Of a stretch of 64,000 nucleotides of DNA, positions 18,808-30,800 are shown piece after piece. The stretch comes from a virus: IMG/VR virus record IMGVR_UViG_3300027798_000020, positions 32,001-96,000 of that record; one strand, written 5' to 3'. The position numbers and the translations under genes were made by a program. The notes beneath the pieces are model-generated. The model saw nothing but the letters and a program-made list of their open reading frames with translations. It made no database searches and was not told the origin of the DNA. Position 1 is the stretch's first letter. Every line of letters begins with the position of its first letter.

Positions 18808-19314
18808 ATGGCAAATCTACAACCCGTACAATACAAGTACACATCAACTAAAGAATATCACGACTCATTCCCATGCGCCTACAGGCAATGGCGAGCTGAT
18901 AGTCACTGTAATCTGATTCACGGTTACAGTTTTAACATGAAGTTCTACTTTGGAACTAACGACCTAGATGCTCGTAATTGGGCCGCTGACTACGGAGGTC
19001 TTAAAGAACTCAAAGGTATATTAGAAAGTCAATTTGATCATACCCTGTTAGTAGCAGAGGACGATCCCGAGTTAGACTTTTATAAGGAAATGGAAAAGCG
19101 TAAGTTGGCTAAACTTACTATTCTTCCTAGGCTAGGTTGCGAAGGCCTAGCTGATCAACTGTACAAGTATGTCAATGGTGTTTATATTCCAGACATGTGG
19201 GGCGACGGCGAAAGCAAACGTCTTTGGTGCTATCGCGTAGAAGTGCGTGAAACTCAAAGTAATATGGCCTATCGTGAAGGTCACCGTGAATGGAATGAAG
19301 ATTTATTTGCATAA
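18808..19314 (+). CDS. queD: 6-pyruvoyl-tetrahydropterin synthase / QueD family (T-fold)
   Basis: HCNLIHGYS, DYGGLKELK...FDHTLL, E.LA, VEVRET; AAAGGAG RBS. Confidence 0.85.
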   Translation: MANLQPVQYKYTSTKEYHDSFPCAYRQWRADSHCNLIHGYSFNMKFYFGTNDLDARNWAADYGGLKELKGILESQFDHTLLVAEDDPELDFYKEMEKRKLAKLTILPRLGCEGLADQLYKYVNGVYIPDMWGDGESKRLWCYRVEVRETQSNMAYREGHREWNEDLFA

Positions 19315-19465
19315 ACTTTGGCGGATTTGGGCTAAAGCATTAGGAGAAAAATCAGGCAGTTCGGACGCGGAAGCGGACCGAATTGCTTGCATTAGGACGT
19401 TAATTGTGTTAACATACGTTATTACAAACTTTTTTATAATCGCAGGCGTTATAAGGCATTGGTAA
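19295..19465 (+). CDS. small membrane protein
   Basis: WRIWAKALGEK...DRIA.IRT followed by a TM helix; stop overlaps the next ATG. Confidence 0.7.
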   Translation: MKIYLHKLWRIWAKALGEKSGSSDAEADRIACIRTLIVLTYVITNFFIIAGVIRHW

Positions 19466-19878
19466 TGACAATTGGATTTACTTGTTCAACTTTTGATTTG
19501 TTTCATGCAGGGCATATTATGATGCTTAAAGAAGCAAAAGAACAATGTGAATATCTAATTGTAGGGCTTCAGACAGACCCCACGCTAGACCGTGCTAGTA
19601 AAAATAAACCCGTACAGGGTGTATTTGAACGTTATGTACAGCTAAAAGCATGTGTATATGTCGATGAAGTTGTGGTATACGCTACAGAAAAAGAACTTAG
19701 AGACATACTGCTTTCTTATAAAATTGATGTAAGAATTTTAGGCGAAGAATATCAAGGCAAGGATTTCACAGGACATGACATTCCTATGAAATTTTATTTT
19801 AATCAACGTAGGCATAGCTTTTCAACATCCGAACTAAGACAACGGGTAATGGAAGCAGAGAGAAACAAAAATGGGTAA
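19465..19878 (+). CDS. TagD-like cytidylyltransferase (HxGH nucleotidyltransferase)
   Basis: TFDLFHAGH, LIVGLQTD, ER..QL....YVDEV, R.HSFSTSELR. Confidence 0.88.
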   Translation: MTIGFTCSTFDLFHAGHIMMLKEAKEQCEYLIVGLQTDPTLDRASKNKPVQGVFERYVQLKACVYVDEVVVYATEKELRDILLSYKIDVRILGEEYQGKDFTGHDIPMKFYFNQRRHSFSTSELRQRVMEAERNKNG

Positions 19879-20893
19879 AATAGGCTTCGCATGTAAATGG
19901 ATCGATACACCTAATCAGATAAATGGTATTAAACCTACTGATGACTGTAAAAAGTACAACACTAGTTCAACTACTGTGGCATGGCTTAATCGACAATCTA
20001 AAGAAGTAGCTGAGACCAAACTATGGGATTTGATGAAACAAAACATCGAATCAACAAGATTACTTGTAGAAAAAGTAGGTACATTAGATGAATCTCTCCG
20101 AATGGTTCGTATTAGCAGTGACCTTCTTCCTGTGTACACCCAACGCGATTATAGCTATTTTTGGTGCTTATCAGACGTTCGTGCTTATGCGGAAAAGCAC
20201 TTTGCCCAGGTCGGCGCTTTGGCTCGCGCTCGTAACGTTCGTTTGTCATTTCATCCTGGTCAGTTTACTGTGCTGGCTAGCGATAATCCAGATATTGTAA
20301 ATAGAAGTATAGAGGAATTTGAATATCATGCAGATATGGCCAGGTGGATGGGATTCGGTAAGCAATTTCAGGACTTTAAAATTAATGTCCACATATCGGG
20401 TAGATGCGGCCCCGACGGTATCAAAGCAGTTATCCCAAGACTCAGCCCCGAAGCAAGAAACTGCATCACGATCGAAAACGACGAAAACTGTTGGGGCATC
20501 GAAAGTAGCATTGAGCTTGCCAAGCACTGCGCCCTCGTGCTTGACGTACACCATCACTGGGTCCGTACAGGAGACTATATTCAGCCAACCGACGATAGAG
20601 TTTTACGCATAATTGAAAGTTGGCGCGGTGTTCGACCTGTCATGCATTACTCTATTAGTCGTGAAGAATGGTTATCAGGACATTGCGACAACACTTTACC
20701 AGACTACGCAACTTTGTTAGAAGCTGGACATAAAAAACAAAAACTCAGAGCTCATTCAAACTTCTTTTGGAATAAGGCAGTAAATGAGTGGGCTCTAAGT
20801 TTTACAGAAACACACGATATCATGTGTGAATCTAAAGGCAAAAATATTGCAAGTTTTGCCTTGTATGAACAAGCTAAATTATTAGGCTTGTGA
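19871..20893 (+). CDS. uvsE: UV-damage endonuclease
   Basis: IGFAC, RISSDLLP, RLSFHPGQF, NVH, IENDE, LDVHHH, HYS, AHS, DIMCESKGK. Confidence 0.93.
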   Translation: MGKIGFACKWIDTPNQINGIKPTDDCKKYNTSSTTVAWLNRQSKEVAETKLWDLMKQNIESTRLLVEKVGTLDESLRMVRISSDLLPVYTQRDYSYFWCLSDVRAYAEKHFAQVGALARARNVRLSFHPGQFTVLASDNPDIVNRSIEEFEYHADMARWMGFGKQFQDFKINVHISGRCGPDGIKAVIPRLSPEARNCITIENDENCWGIESSIELAKHCALVLDVHHHWVRTGDYIQPTDDRVLRIIESWRGVRPVMHYSISREEWLSGHCDNTLPDYATLLEAGHKKQKLRAHSNFFWNKAVNEWALSFTETHDIMCESKGKNIASFALYEQAKLLGL

Positions 20894-21148
20894 TTTAGGT
20901 TTTCGAGGCGGTCTTTTAGCTCCAGTTGCTTTTTTGGCGGCTGGAGCTTTCTTTTTGGCTGCTGGCTTAGGCGCCGCTGCCGGAGCAATATCAGCATAGG
21001 CAACCGGTGTTAACTCTACAGTTGCTGGCTTAACATCCTCGTACTTAAAAGTTGTCTCAGCATTATTTGTAGCTTCTACTTTATACGGTACTTCTGGGGC
21101 TGCTTCTGGCTTTTTGCCTGTAAAGAATTCTGCAATTTTCTTGAACAT
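20882..21148 (-). CDS. small protein with basic Lys/Ala/Pro-rich (histone H1-like) tail
   Basis: AAGGAGG RBS and TATAAATA (21171-21178) upstream on the minus strand. Confidence 0.75.
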   Translation of the reverse strand: MFKKIAEFFTGKKPEAAPEVPYKVEATNNAETTFKYEDVKPATVELTPVAYADIAPAAAPKPAAKKKAPAAKKATGAKRPPRKPKSQA

Positions 21149-21173
21149 TCTATGTTCCTCCTTGGAGTTTTAT

Positions 21174-21461
21174 TTATATATGGCTGATGTCAATTAGACT
21201 TGATGCAGGCAGATCCCATACCTTTTTACGATCCTTGCCACGCTTCTGAGCAAATCGTTTAGCATCACAATTTGAACACACATGAAAGTAATTGTTGCTC
21301 AATCGTTTAGAATCTATTTGCCCTTTATCTCGATTAAAGACTTCGCTACAACTATCACATCGAAAAACTACAATTGTTTTTTGTCGAGTATAGGTGTGCC
21401 CTAAACCTAATTTACTAGGTCTAGTATGTGTAGTCTGTTGATATTCTAAACGTAGGAACAT
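21174..21461 (-). CDS. small CxxC...CxxC zinc-binding hypothetical protein
   Basis: MFLRLEY...RCDSC...HVCSNC; start 5 nt after a minus-strand TGTAAATA (21467-21474). Confidence 0.65.
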   Translation of the reverse strand: MFLRLEYQQTTHTRPSKLGLGHTYTRQKTIVVFRCDSCSEVFNRDKGQIDSKRLSNNYFHVCSNCDAKRFAQKRGKDRKKVWDLPASSLIDISHI

Positions 21462-21495
21462 ACAACTATTTACATTAAGGTTATAAAATACTATT

Positions 21496-21503
21496 GATAA
21501 ATA
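21496..21503 (+). promoter_or_regulatory. late-promoter-like GATAAATA heading erpA and the structural block
   Basis: Same motif recurs before several late/structural genes. Confidence 0.55.
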
Positions 21504-21516
21504 TCTCATAGGACCT

Positions 21517-21843
21517 ATGATGATTACAATTTCACCGTCTGCTTCAGTAAAAATACAAGACATTTTGTCTGAAGAAAACAATCTTGAAGTAAGTTTAAGA
21601 GTGTATGTGCAAGGCGGCGGGTGTTCAGGATTCAGCTACGGATTTACGCTAGACGGCGAAAAAGGCGAAGATGACTTTGAAATACCCCTTGGAAGATGGA
21701 AAGTTTTAGTCGATTCCATGAGTTTACAATATCTGCAAGGTGCAGAAGTTGATTACATAGAGGAATTGTCAGGGTCACAATTTACAATTAAAAACCCAAA
21801 CGCAACAACAACTTGCGGGTGCGGATCAAGCTTCGGAGTTTAA
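21517..21843 (+). CDS. erpA: Fe-S cluster insertion protein (ErpA/IscA/HesB family)
   Basis: [17 protein letters not shown]...[15 protein letters not shown]...NPNA...CGCGSSF. Confidence 0.95.
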   Translation: MMITISPSASVKIQDILSEENNLEVSLRVYVQGGGCSGFSYGFTLDGEKGEDDFEIPLGRWKVLVDSMSLQYLQGAEVDYIEELSGSQFTIKNPNATTTCGCGSSFGV

Positions 21844-21846
21844 AAT

Positions 21847-24800
21847 ATGGCACGTCAAGAAATCGACATTGGTGTACAAGGTAATGATGGTACCGGTGAT
21901 AGTATTAGAGAATCGTTTAGAAAAGTTAATGAAAACTTTAACGAAATTTATGCTATATTTGGTGCTGGTGGTGCAATTAGTTTAACAAATTTATCAGATG
22001 CACAATCATTACGCTTTATAGACGGTGAAGGTTATGTAGCAGATTACGGTCAGAATCGTCTTATTATTTCTAAAACGGACGGCAGTGGCTTAGCAGCCAA
22101 AACACTGATTGCTGGCGAAGGTATCAGTATTGATGTGACTGACCCGGATAAGGTAACCATTACCAATGCCCTGTCAACAACAGCTAGCGATCCTGCTCCA
22201 AAACTTGGTGGACCGTTAAACTCAAATCAATTTCCAATTGGTAAGGTTCCAGATCCAAGTTCTGATCTAGTAGCATCTTTTAATGCGGTTCACGGACCTC
22301 GAGGAGTAACTACTACCCTAGACGAACTAGCAATTAGCAAAGGCTATGCAGATAGAAACTATGTAAAAAGCCAAGGCGGACTTATTGGTGATGCTCTCCG
22401 TGTTAGAGACGAACCATTAGTTCCCCAAATTGAAGAAGACGATTATGATCCAACCCTAACCAGCAACTATGTAGCTAATGAAACACTACCTCGTAAAAAT
22501 GTAGTGTTTAGGGGCGGTGACTCAATGACTGGGCCGCTGATCCTTAATGACCACCCAGGCGCTATTGCAGGCATTGGATCACCCAACGGAGCCGACGATT
22601 TACAGGCCGCAACCAAATATTATGTTGACAATTCAACATATTCTAGCGCCATTAACTTGTTTGTTACTACTAAAGGTGACGACACTCAGGCATTAACTCC
22701 AAGAGGCAAAGAAGGCCGTTTTTGGAATTATGCTTATAAATCTGTTGGGGCTGCCTGTTTGGCAGCTGAAGGATTAATTACAATCAGTCAAACAGAACCT
22801 GGTCCGTATCGTCAACGTATTGCCTACACACAAGGTCCTGATCAAACATTTTCACTTGTTACTAATGTAACACTAAGTGGTGGTAACAGTGGAGATACCG
22901 GATATGTTAATGCGTTTGACCTGTTGCGTGTTAATAAAGAATTTATTCAATACGAAACTATTGCCTACATCAACAACAAATACGTAAACACATTTACATT
23001 TGACAAAGCAAAGTGCAGTCGTGACGTTGGTCTAATGATCGATGCAGTTACCCTTGACCTAGTACTAGGTACAACTTATAATACTGTATTGGCTGCAACT
23101 AGATATTATGACGAATCCAGTTCTAAAGTATTAAGCGACCAATTAATTCAAACGGTCGACGCTATTAGATTTGTAAGAGACTCAATCTTAAATTTCTCGT
23201 ACAGTAATACTATTTTAAGCGCCTATATTGGAGATGTTATTGATGCGCTGTGTTTTGATGTTGTTTATCAAAGCAATTTTAGATCTATTAGAATGGCTGA
23301 GAAATTTCCAAGTGCAGAAACTGGCATTGAATTTGAACAGCTAATCGGAGTACTAACTGATCTAAAAGAAAGTATTTTAGGTCTAAGTCAAGTAGTTGCT
23401 GTACCAATTGCCGTTGATATTATCAATGATAATATTAATTTAATGATTGCACTAATCCAGGGCGACGAAGCGCCGACACCTACATTACCAAGTGTACTTG
23501 GAGTCACTAAAGGATCAAATTCAGATAGTCGAGAACTATTGCTTAACAATATTGATTTTATTCAGTCAGAAATTATTGCATTCTTAACTGCTGAATACCC
23601 GGGTCTACAATACAGTAAAGAGACTTGTAAGCGTGATGTACGTTTAATGATTGAAGCTGTTATCTATGATCTATTATACGGAAATAATACAACTGGTGTA
23701 AACGTTGCCAGCGTATACGCAGGCCAACGCTATTGGGTAGGAACACAGCGTCAGATTGCGGCACCTGAATTAGTACCAACATTGGCTGCTGTAGAATATA
23801 TCAACACGTTAGCACAGTCTATTGTACAAAATCAAACGCCGGCTGTGGTTTATCAAACCACTACCAAACAGTATAGAAATCAAACGTTTTCACGAGTAAG
23901 TGGTGTTGGTGCAGATGCAGTGGCCACAAGAACACGCATCACAGAACTGATAACAATTATCAAAGGTCTAGTAGAAGTTAACGTACCGCCGGCAATTGTT
24001 GAAGTTGATGTTAGCAACACCAGCGGCACATCAAGTGCGCTAAGAGGCGTTCGTACTGCAATTTTAGGTACCGGCGGTAATGCTAATAGAACTGCACTAC
24101 GGAATGCGGCAGTTGCCTATGTTAACGAAAATTATCCCGTAATTAACAATGCGCTGGCACTGCAAACGATCAACAGTAATTTCCAAATCATCATTGATCT
24201 ATTAGAAATTGGAATATCGTCAAGACCCGAAGTTACTTATATTAGTCCAGAAAGTTTAGGCGGTGGTGTAACTAGTGCTAGAGAGTTAATGTTAGAAAAT
24301 ATTTCTTTCATACAAGAAGAAACTATTGGTTGGATTAATACTAACTTTCCAGATTTAATCTATAATCAGAATACTTGCAAACGAGATTTAAAATACATTA
24401 TTGAAGCAGTTGCATATGATATTACCTACGGTGGTAACTCGGCTAGTGTATTTGCCGGTGAATTATATTGGATAAATGCAGTCTCACAAGTTGTTGGTCA
24501 GATAACACAGACCATAGAAGGTATTAACTATGCTCAACAAATTATTGGGCAAGTTATTTCAAACGTTAATATTTTGCAAAGTTATCAGTCGCCTCCGTTC
24601 CAAGTTCCACAATTTATTGATTTAGATTTAGAAGACGGGATCGATGCAACTGTAGAAATTAATAGTCTGTTTACAGCTATCAAAGATTTAATTGCAAGCG
24701 AAAGTCTTACTATCGACAGTCAATACCCTGCACTTGATACTGGTGATTACTCTGAAGCATATCTTGCTATTAGACAAACTATTCAAAATGAAAAATCAGT

Positions 24801-27800
24801 CATACAAGATGAGACTGTCAAATATCTTGATGTAACTTACAAAGGCGGCTTCAACTATGACGAAGCTATTTGTTTTAGAGACGTTGGTTTAATTATTGAA
24901 GCTATGGCCATTGACTTGGTCACAGATGGTACATATCAAACTATCAATGCTGGTACTAGTTACTATAGAAACACCAGCGCCAAGAGTATTGCCATTGGTA
25001 CACAGTATAAAGAAACACTAGACGGTATTGAGTATGCTAAAACTCTAGCAGTACAGGTGCTAAACAGAACAACTGCTTCAAGATATCAAAGCCTGTATAC
25101 TCAGACATTTAATATCAGCGGCACACTGCCAAGCTCACTATATGGCATGATCGGTGACCGTGGTGCACCAAGTCAAGGCGCTATTACTGATTTAACCTAC
25201 AATATGAATACCTTAATTGGTATTATTGTAAACGGTTTTGGTTCTGCACCAACTCCGTCATTCGGTACTGGGTTATGGACTGTAAGACACAGCAACGGTG
25301 GTAACAGTTATGTTGACCAAGGTAATCCAAACAACAACGACATTTTACCAGCCAAGGTATTAGTTGGAGTTAGTTCAGATGCGTTTGCTAATATTGTTAC
25401 TTACGCACCCGGCCTAAGCGACACTTCTGACACTATTACTTGTAGATTGACCAAACCTGCGTACTATCAAGTTGGTGAACAGATTGAGTTCGGTGAGAAG
25501 GTTAAAGATTTACAAATAGTAATTTTTGTTGAAGCTGGTATTTACTACGAAGATTATCCGATCAAACTGCCAACAAACTGTTCGATCAAGGGCGACGAGT
25601 TCCGTAGAACTATTATCCGTCCTAAGGATCGTATCAGTCAAAGTCCATGGCGCAAAGTATTATTCTATCGTGATGCAATTATCGATGCAATGCAGTTAGG
25701 GCCAATTGACACTTCAGTTGATTACAAGACCAATACTACAATTAATGTCAGTGCAACTAATGGAACGATTGTTGTAACATTAGGGTCTGGACAAGTGCCA
25801 AGTTCATGGATTGGTAGACTGTTAGTAGTTGACAGTACTGTTCCTGGACGACCAGAAGGCAAGGCAGTTATTGACTCTGTATCTGGCAACTTTATGAACT
25901 GTAGTGTTGTTTATCCGTTTGAAGTAGCAGGTATTAAACAACCAGTTGATTGGCATTTATATGCCACAACTAACTACGGTAGACATTATCTAGTTAATCC
26001 GTTAGACGTTAACTCAAGTCCAAAAAATAACAAAGAGATCGATATCTTCTTGTGTAACGATGCAACTCGTATTAATAATCTTACTATGCAAGGGCATGGT
26101 GGATTTGCCATGGTGCTTGACCCAGAAGGTCAAATTTTAACCAAGTCACCATACGGACAAGTGTGTTCAAGTTTCTCACAGTCAATCAACCGCAAGCGTT
26201 TTGCTGGTGGGCAGTACATTGACGGATTCGCAGGAAGATTGCGCGGAGCAATTAGTGCTGTTGCTAACAACGGCGGACAAATTACTATTACTGGAGCAGT
26301 TAACTCAGGTTTAGATGTAAGAGCTCCACAGCCTCCGTGTGCATTCTTTATATCAGGAACCCGCTATCAAATTAACGACATTGTTAGTTACAACTCAGCT
26401 ACTAGTTCAGTTACAGTGACAATGGATACTGCCACTCCATGGAACGGCGGATTTAACTTTAATGAAGCAAAGTGTTCAAGAGACGTTGGGTTAATTATTG
26501 ACGCAGTTACTTATGATCTTGTAACTGGATCAAACTATCAATCTATTAATGCTGGCCGCTCATACTTACGTTCATATTCTAGTCTAGTACGAGGTAACGT
26601 ACAACTTGCTAAAACTATACAGGCTTTAGAAGAAGTTACTAGCCAAGTAGTAGCATCTATCCCAGGTAATACTACAGCAATTGCAATACTTCAAGATCGT
26701 ATGCAACTTGTAATTGATATTTTAAGAGATGGTGCAAGTGCTATTCCAGAGCCGGTGTATCCCGCATTGTCATGGCAAACAACTCCATATACTAATGCTA
26801 GAGATATCTTGCTAGCCAACAAAGAGTTTATTGGGGAAGAAGTTGTTTCCTGGATTGGTGTTAACTTTAACGTTGCACAAATTCCTAACTACAGCGTTAA
26901 TACCTGCAGACGAGATGTCAAATATATTGTAGAAGCATTAGTACACGATATTATATACGGTGGCAACTCAATGTCCCAAGATGCGGGTCTTGCCTACTTC
27001 CGCGGAACTACTAGTTACATTCCAGGCGAAGAAGCTGTTACCATTGCTGCCTACAATTACATGAAGGGTATCCTAAACAGTATTGTTCAGAATAACCTAA
27101 TTACTAAATCAGCAGGCAATGATCTAACTCAAAATGTAAGTTTACCAGTGAGTAACTCCACTGTGGGTACTGCTGTTATTGCACTAGTTGATGTGCTAAA
27201 TGACATATTATCAGGCGGTACAACTAGTACCCCTTATCAATTCCCAAGTAACTTTACAGGTGTTAGTACAGTACTGACAACTGCTCGCGCAACAGTGTTA
27301 AGTGTAAAAACTACTATTGCCACTGACATTATTGTATTCTTAAGAGAAGGCCTTGGTACACTAATTAATATTGAGATGGGCGGTAACAAGTCCATGTTGG
27401 CCAACGACTTTGCCATGATCAACGACTTGGGCTATGGTATTGTTGCTAACAACGGTGGTGTAACTGAACAAGTTTCAACATTCTCATACTACTGTCATAC
27501 TCACTATTGGGCCAGCAACGGTGGACAAATTCGTTCAGTTGCAGGCTCTAACTCACATGGAACGTACGGTCTACGTGCTACAGGGTATGACGTAACTGAA
27601 TTACCAGACGAAGTAAACCTAGCAGACAACATGATTCAAGTTGCTCGTGTTTACAAGGAAGGGTTGTTTGTTAATGAAATGACTCCTACTATAGCTAAAC
27701 AATCGTTAGCAGTGTATATCACTGATTACGATTACGGTCCTCAGAATATTTCAGAGCTAGAAGTTGATCATTCTTTAGCTGGTTTTGGTGTTACCCGTTA

Positions 27801-30800
27801 TGAAGTTAATGCGGTTGAAAGAACTGCGGTAACTGTTAACGGTGTAAACATTTTAAAACTAAACTTGTCAACTGCTGGTAACAATGGTACTTCATCAGTT
27901 GGTTTAGTAACTGCACTATACAACGGTCAGTTAGTAACTATTCGTACATTACAGAATAACAAGTACTTGGGCATTGCTAACGTAAACCCAACTCGTCCAA
28001 GTACTGCGTTACAGTATACTGATAATCTAGCAGATATCTATCGTGTTATTACATATAACTTAACAGAAGGTACAGGAGAACTACTGCCGCAAAATCAAGC
28101 AGTACTGTCAACTGACACATCATTTCTTTACTTTAAGATTGTAGTTGATCCGGCTAAGATTGGCACAGTTGATTGGATTGAACCTACTAAGACTATGGGA
28201 TTCAATGTAGGAGACACTAGATTAGCTATCCTGTCTATTGCTAAACAAAATACCATTGACCAAATTAATAAAGGCACGTACATAACAGGCTGGAACGGCA
28301 GAATTCATCGCGTGGCACAGTACTATGGCATACCAGAAACTGTACTTACAGATTATAATCCTGTTGGTAGTACCGGAGTAACACTGAAAGTAACCAGTAC
28401 TACCGGCATACATGAAGGCATGGAAGTTAACGGTAACGGTTTTATTAGTAATCAAACTGTCGTTGCTGTGGTTAACTCTGTAACCTTAACTCTTAGCGGT
28501 GCTCCTGATAGCACACCTGGTGGAGGTTTATCTTTCGTCAGTTTACGACCTGCATATCTTGAGTTAGAAGAAACACCAATTTATAATATTGGTGGTACTG
28601 GTACTATTACTCCAGCATTGACATTTAATTCAATAACCGGAACTGGTTTAGAAACTAGATATATAACGTTTGATACACCTTGGCAGCTGACTCCCCAGAC
28701 TGTAGATAGTTACGTCAATGTATCTGGTCAAGGTAATAGTTTATACAACGGGCCAAAACAAGTAACTAAAATTATTTCTGAAACACTTGTTACAGTTGCT
28801 AGTACATCAAGCCTTGATGTTGGTATGATCATTACCGGCTCTACTGTTACTGGCAACGTTAACTTGACTGATATTGTTAGTTTAACACAATTTAAAGTTA
28901 GCCCAGCTATTTACTTGCCAGCAGGCACTAACATCACTGCTACTAAGGTAGCTACATTAGGCAGCGTTACTATTGTTAACGGCGGTAGTGGGTACTTAAC
29001 TCCACCTGTGATTACAATCAGTGGCGGTGGCGCAACTATTGATGCCCTAGTAACTTGTACAGTTGTTGGCGGCAGTATTGATACGGTAACTGTTGTTAAT
29101 CCGGGTTACAACTATACCAGCTTACCAAATTTATCTATTGAAGTTGCAGGAGACAACAACGCAGTATTAGTACCAGTTCTAACTGCAACATCAACTACTA
29201 ACGTAACTGCAACTGCTGGTGTAAACACATCTCAGATAACATTAGCATACAAGACAGACCCAAATACTAGTGGGACTATTTCTGCAACTACAGTAACTAC
29301 TAACTGGATCAATATTAGTACAACTACAAACTTGTATGTTGGCAATACTATTGTATTCAGCGGTACTGCGTTTGGTGGCATTACCGCAGCCACTACGTAT
29401 TACATCATTCAAGTAGGTACAGGTCAAATTAAAGTAAGTACCAGCAAAGGAGGGTCATCAATTACCCTAAGCACCGCAGTCGGTGCTATGACATTTGTTG
29501 CTAACAGCTTTAATTTTGGAACTAGTATTACTGCCACAGGATTTGGTTCACAGACTGGAACAGGTCCTTATTCAGTTACTCTAAACTTTGGATCAACAAC
29601 TGCGCCTGAGACTGGGCAGTATTACAAGGTAGAAGGAAATTCAAATCCGATATATAACGGATTCTTTAACTGTACTGCATCTACCACTACTAGCATTACA
29701 CTAACATATCCAAATAATCCAGGTGTGTATGGCTCAGGAACTACTCTTATTACTAAAGAATTGACCAAAGGTACAAACGTATCAACAGGTATTAGTAAGC
29801 CGTTTGGAAATATAGATGCTACTACAATTCGTTTAGGTTATGCGGCAGGAGCACAAGGACAAGTTACTACACGTATTAGTACTTGTCGTGCAACAGGGCA
29901 TGACTTCTTAGATATTGGTACTGGTGGTTACTCAACTACTAACTACCCATATCAAATTTATGGCAACCCTGCTATTAGCCGTAAGGGTGAAAACGAAACT
30001 TACGAAGAGGGTGTAGGTCGTGTGTTCTATGTAACCACTGACCAAAACGGTATCTTCCGTGTAGGTCGATTCTTTACAGTTGACCAAGGTACTGGTACAG
30101 TTACATTCTCAGCGTCAATTGCGTTGAGTAACTTGGACGGTATTGGTTTCAAACGTGGTGTTGTTGTAAGTGAATTCTCAACAGATGCTAGCTTTACAAA
30201 CAATGCTCCAGACGCTGTACCTGTTCAATCAGCCACACGTGGTTACATTGACAAGCGTTTAGGTTTAGATCACGGTGGTGCTCCAATTGCCGCAAGTAAT
30301 TTAGTTGGTCCAGGATACTTGGCATTGAACGGTGCGCTGGCAATGAAGGGCAACGTTAATGCTAATAACTACAAAGTTATTAATTTAGCTCCACCAACAG
30401 ATATAAATGATGCTACTCCAAAAGCATATGTAGATGCACAGGTTAGACTATACGATCAATTATCTGAATTATTAGATGTTGATGTTGGCACACCTATTGC
30501 TGGGGACTTGGCAGTCTTTGTAGGCGGTAGCAAAATTATGGTCAGTGCCACAACTGCCGGCGATTTAAGTGCTACCTTTACTAACAGTACTCCGACTACT
30601 TTAGCTGTACCTATTATTAGTTTATTAGCAGTTGATGTGACAACAATTACTGTAGTTAATGCTGCCGCATTCGGAACAGGGCCCGGCTATGTTAAAGTTA
30701 ACAACGAAGTATTTTACTATAGCTCAACAAACTACGGAGCAAACAGACTAGACGGTGTACAACGAATATCAACTACTACAGATACAAAGTTTGGTATTAA

